The notes beneath the pieces are model-generated. The model was not told where the DNA came from. It did not search any database and saw only the letters and a program-made list of their open reading frames with translations. This document shows positions 60,401-64,000 of a stretch of DNA of 64,000 nucleotides, piece by piece (positions within the stretch are counted from its first letter, which is position 1; every line of letters starts with the position of its first letter). Source of the stretch: Ramazzottius varieornatus (taxonomy: Eukaryota > Animalia > Tardigrada); the NCBI GenBank assembly GCA_001949185.1, contig BDGG01000002.1, positions 7,058,448-7,122,447 on the forward strand. Direction: 5' to 3'. Made by a program: the position numbers and the translations under genes.

Positions 60401-63400
60401 TTGTCGGATCGAACTTTGATTTAACAGCAGCAGAAACCATAAAGTTTCCATTGGGTTCTTCCTACAATACGGAGTGAGCATGAGCGATTACGCAGAAAAA
60501 GAATGATGTTGTTGTGCATGTTTTTCAGGCGACTGCGGACTTTTTTCCGACGAGATGCAGACTGCAGTATAACGAATGCGTCTCGGGTTCGTGGGTTCAG
60601 GGTCTTTGCTCTTCGGTCGCGGTTTGTTGTACTATAGGTAATCACGACAAGCTAATGGTGCCTTGTACGTGGTAATTGGTCTGGTACCTCGGGGACCCTT
60701 CATGAAGGAAAATAATAGGCTGGATGAATGAAAGTTTGCTTGGTGGTCGATGCACGAGTACTATTAACAAGAAAAATCGTCGAAGAACGTCAACGGTTGA
60801 AGTTTCCTCCCGTATGCGTAGTCAGTACTTAGATAGGCAATAGCCTTCGATTTTCCATATGTAGAACCCTTCGACAGCTTCTGTTGTTCGATATTGAGTT
60901 GTTTATATTGAGGGCGTACAACCTTTTTATGAATCGAAACGGCAACATGGAAAACGACGGTGTCCACTTGGTAGCATTCAAATCACTCAGTGTTATTTTT
61001 CAAAGTCAAAATTGTGACATAGCCAGGAAGCGCTCGATGACGGCCACAGCCGCCGTTACGATGGCGGCATGACAGAAGTGCACCGCAGCGATAATTGGGA
61101 GTTTGCAACAGTCAATTCGATAAGATAGCGATGAAGGACAGTTTTCGCTGTCAGGTCCTTGGACGATATATACCGCCTTCCACTTTGTTGTCGGGTACTT
61201 CGCTTGTTCCACGAGGAGAAACCTTTTCCTAACTACCTGGATTTCCCTTCGCGGTGCAAAATTAACTAGACTCGTAAACCCGGTTGAAGGTCCGTTAAGT
61301 TATTTTACGGTGGGATTAATCGATTTACTGTGTATAGATTGCAGGTAGGCATCGTAGTAAAATCGATAGGTCGCAAATTGCTTCGGTCCTTTGTCAGACT
61401 GGTCGTTTCTCCTGGGAACACAGTTGGACAAATCGTGACACAAAGCGCTCTTTTTTCCAGTATTGACAGGCAGATGCCAAGCGCAGCACAGACCTCCTGT
61501 TTGTTGCTGAATACGTCGGTGCGCCGTCACAACAGCTTATACTAGCGAAGTGACTTGGCTCTTTGTTTTCTAGTGCGTGTGCTTTAGCTGAGCAGGAAGT
61601 TGAGGAAACTGTAGCGTCAATCGTCGGCATTGAACTGCTCAATTTAAGCTGCACTTGGTGGGTTTATGGTGGGAAACTCGAGACGCTAGAGTTAACCTTC
61701 GAAAGCTGATCTCTCTGTGTATTTCCGTCTGGGTTAATTATGGTCAATTTTTTAATGTGCTTCTATTCTCAGAATACCCTTTGGAAAATCAACCACCAGT
61801 CCGCAACAGATACTGCGAAAAGATTATAGGATAAACTCAAGTCTAATGGAAGTTCTCGTTAATATTCGACCCTGCTTTGATGTTGTTGTAGAAATTCGGT
61901 TCATACAGCCTGGGCTGGAAAACATGCGGAAAAGGGTCGGCCGAATCATGTTTCTACAGTCCGTAGATAACACATTTATTGGAAGAGAATGAAGACTTGT
62001 ATAATTTTTCCATACAAAAGAGATGGACAGGCGGAAGTTGACTGTTGTCGAGTGGATTTGAGTGTGATGGTCCTAAATAGCCGTATGCTGTCGGCACAGG
62101 TTGATCCGTCCGCACTACTGCATGTGGGCTTAACTTTAGACGGACTATGTACTGTACATGCCAGCTAGCGCTAGAGGCAAACAGCAAACAGCCGCAAACT
62201 GCGACGCATGGGTTCATGATCGCTGTCGGGGTGTGATTTGCTTTGCCGATCGAAACTAAGTCAGCGAGCTGCACCTCGTACGCGTATACACAACAGCATC
62301 ATACGCTTCACTGCGTCTATCTCTTCCGTCGTGGTGTACTTTAGAACTCCAGCGGGGGGAAAGTTCGTCGTTGTAGAGCTCGATTGTCGAGTTTCCGTTC
62401 ATAACCGGCTGACTGTGTTGTTGTAGCTCCTTCCTGCCGATTCGGATACTCCTTCCGTCGAGAGGGTCCCCGATTCGACCTTCATTCATGCACCTTCCAA
62501 CGGTATGGAAGGACGTCCATACCGCGAAGTGGTGCCTCTGTTGGGACGCCACAGCACCAGCCATGGACGTGGACGGCGCAGTCACAGCGCTGAGGAGGAA
62601 GACGAGCAATTGGCCGGTGGAAACAACGGCTTGCTCGATCCCGATCTCAACGAAGTTCTCGAGAAGCTGCTAACTCCCAATAACACTTACCAGTCGCTGA
62701 CGCTGCCGCGCACTCACGAGCCGGATGTGGGCCTTGAGGAAGCCGACAGATTTGACGAAGACGATTTCGATGGTGAGTGAAGCTAACGTTGTGTTTGATG
62801 ATTCCAAGGCCAGCTAATTTATCGCTTCCGGCGGTGGGCGCCCATCAACGAGCTTGATCCTCCTGCTAGCTGGTCTGCAGTATGCAGGCTCTTAGCACCA
62901 GCTCAGGCCTTTTCCGCTCTGGAATGCAGAGTGCGTGCCAGTGACTGATGTACCAAGACTTGGATTTACATTGCCACTAAAGACTAGGCAAACAAACTAT
63001 ATCATCAACGCCAGTTTTACGGCCATAAGAGAAAACTATATCATCAACGCCACTTTTTACGGCCATAACAGACGTGTATGCCATTATCATCTGCACAAAG
63101 ACGCCGTCCAACCTTGACGCTATCAACGGCACCCACAGCAAGACATAAGAAAGTTTCATTGGAAATTATCTTTAAATACTGGACATCACCAATTTCAAAA
63201 AAACTTTCTGAAAATTCTGCATAAGGAAAATTTCCGAATCTCTCCTTATGACATTGTGGTGAGATTCAGTAGAAATTCACAAACTGTTTTGGTTTTTGGT
63301 AGAGCACCGCGGATTTGGCGGTTCGACCCTGCACACGCACCATCCCTTGGTACCGCAGTACCTGAAGAAGAAGCTGGGACGGAGGAAGTCGATACCGCCC

Positions 63401-64000
63401 TCCGCCAGTCATCCTGCCCGCTTGCAAGAGAAGAACTTTACGCCCGAATTTCGGGCCCTGTTGGATACGGTACCTGCGTCTTTCTCGCACATTCTACCAT
63501 CCGTCAAAGAGCAAACTGAACCTGCTGAGGGAGAGGAACCACCGCAAGTAAGCTGCTGACACGAGGGTTTCCCAGCGCAGTGGTCCATTTTAATACTCTA
63601 TTTTGTCGACGAGGCAGCATACCGCCACCGTCAACGAAAACTTTCACTACAGTACTGAGAAAAAATCGTAGGAAATATGTAAAACAATTCGCTCCCATAT
63701 TGAAAAATCTGTTGAAAATTATTCGGGACGTTGGCAAATAAATTGAACAAAATCGTTAGTTCAACTAGCGCACGTTATTATTGTTATCAGCTGAAGCAAG
63801 CACCACTTGGACAATCGATCTTCCTGAGCTCGTTCTTCTCAAATATTTCAAATATTCAAAGCTTGAAAACCTTTCAAATATTCGTGATTATATTTTTTTT
63901 AGAAATTAATTGGATTATAATTTTCAGATATTCGAGATCATCAATTGTTTGCAATTTTTTTCTGGTATACGAGAATGACTGTTCGTTGCAGGATGTTTCT
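57409..64000 (+). CDS. 5' part of an SLC4 anion exchanger (AE2/AE3-like), runs off the right edge
   Basis: Exons 62427-62772 and 63303-63547 splice to RFDEDDFDEHRGFGGSTLHTHHPL, which resembles the AE2/AE3 N-terminal DFExHR..HxHHPL motif. The next exon starts at 63992. The phase-0 first coding exon 57409-57486 (MDREDPQNKNELL...) is tentative. Confidence 0.6.
62994..63071. repeat. Tandem duplication of a ~38-bp unit
   Basis: AAACTATATCATCAACGCCA(G/CT)TTTTACGGCCATAA twice, intronic. Confidence 0.9.
63724..63843. mobile_element. Palindromic MITE-like element copy (SLC4 intron)
   Basis: GGGACGTTGGCAAATAAATTGAACAAAATCGTT..GCGCACGTTATTATTGTTATCAGCTGAA..CCACTTGGACAATCGATC. Confidence 0.7.

Noticed and set aside
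588-63843. CRISPR- or attC-like reading of the palindromic repeats
   Set aside because: Eukaryotic spliced context, copies dispersed kilobases apart, conserved internal spacer, and no cas or integrase genes.

Overview
Compact, intron-rich genomic DNA from an invertebrate animal (roughly balanced GC, many 55-200 bp GT-AG introns). GRD-type Cys-loop subunits and a double peroxidase point to a protostome, probably an ecdysozoan; a tardigrade is a plausible guess that the sequence alone does not prove. Gene order: the 5' portion of megalin/LRP2 (minus, runs off the left edge); a two-domain heme peroxidase; four tandem small secreted prepro-protein genes sharing an amphipathic motif I do not recognise; two convergent GRD-like GABA-A/Cys-loop subunits with cation-type pore signatures; FMC1; an NME8/TXNDC3-type thioredoxin-domain gene; a tropomyosin locus with three alternative first exons and alternative internal and last exons; and the 5' end of an SLC4 (AE2-like) anion exchanger. 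Repeats: at least 12 diverged copies of a ~125 bp palindromic MITE-like element, mostly intronic, and one ~640 bp TA-flanked mariner-type non-autonomous element. The best candidates for undescribed biology are the four-gene secreted amphipathic protein cluster, the putative cation-selective channel pair, and the atypical tropomyosin first exon together with a long-range intronic RNA pairing. Exon models were built by hand and no database searches were run.
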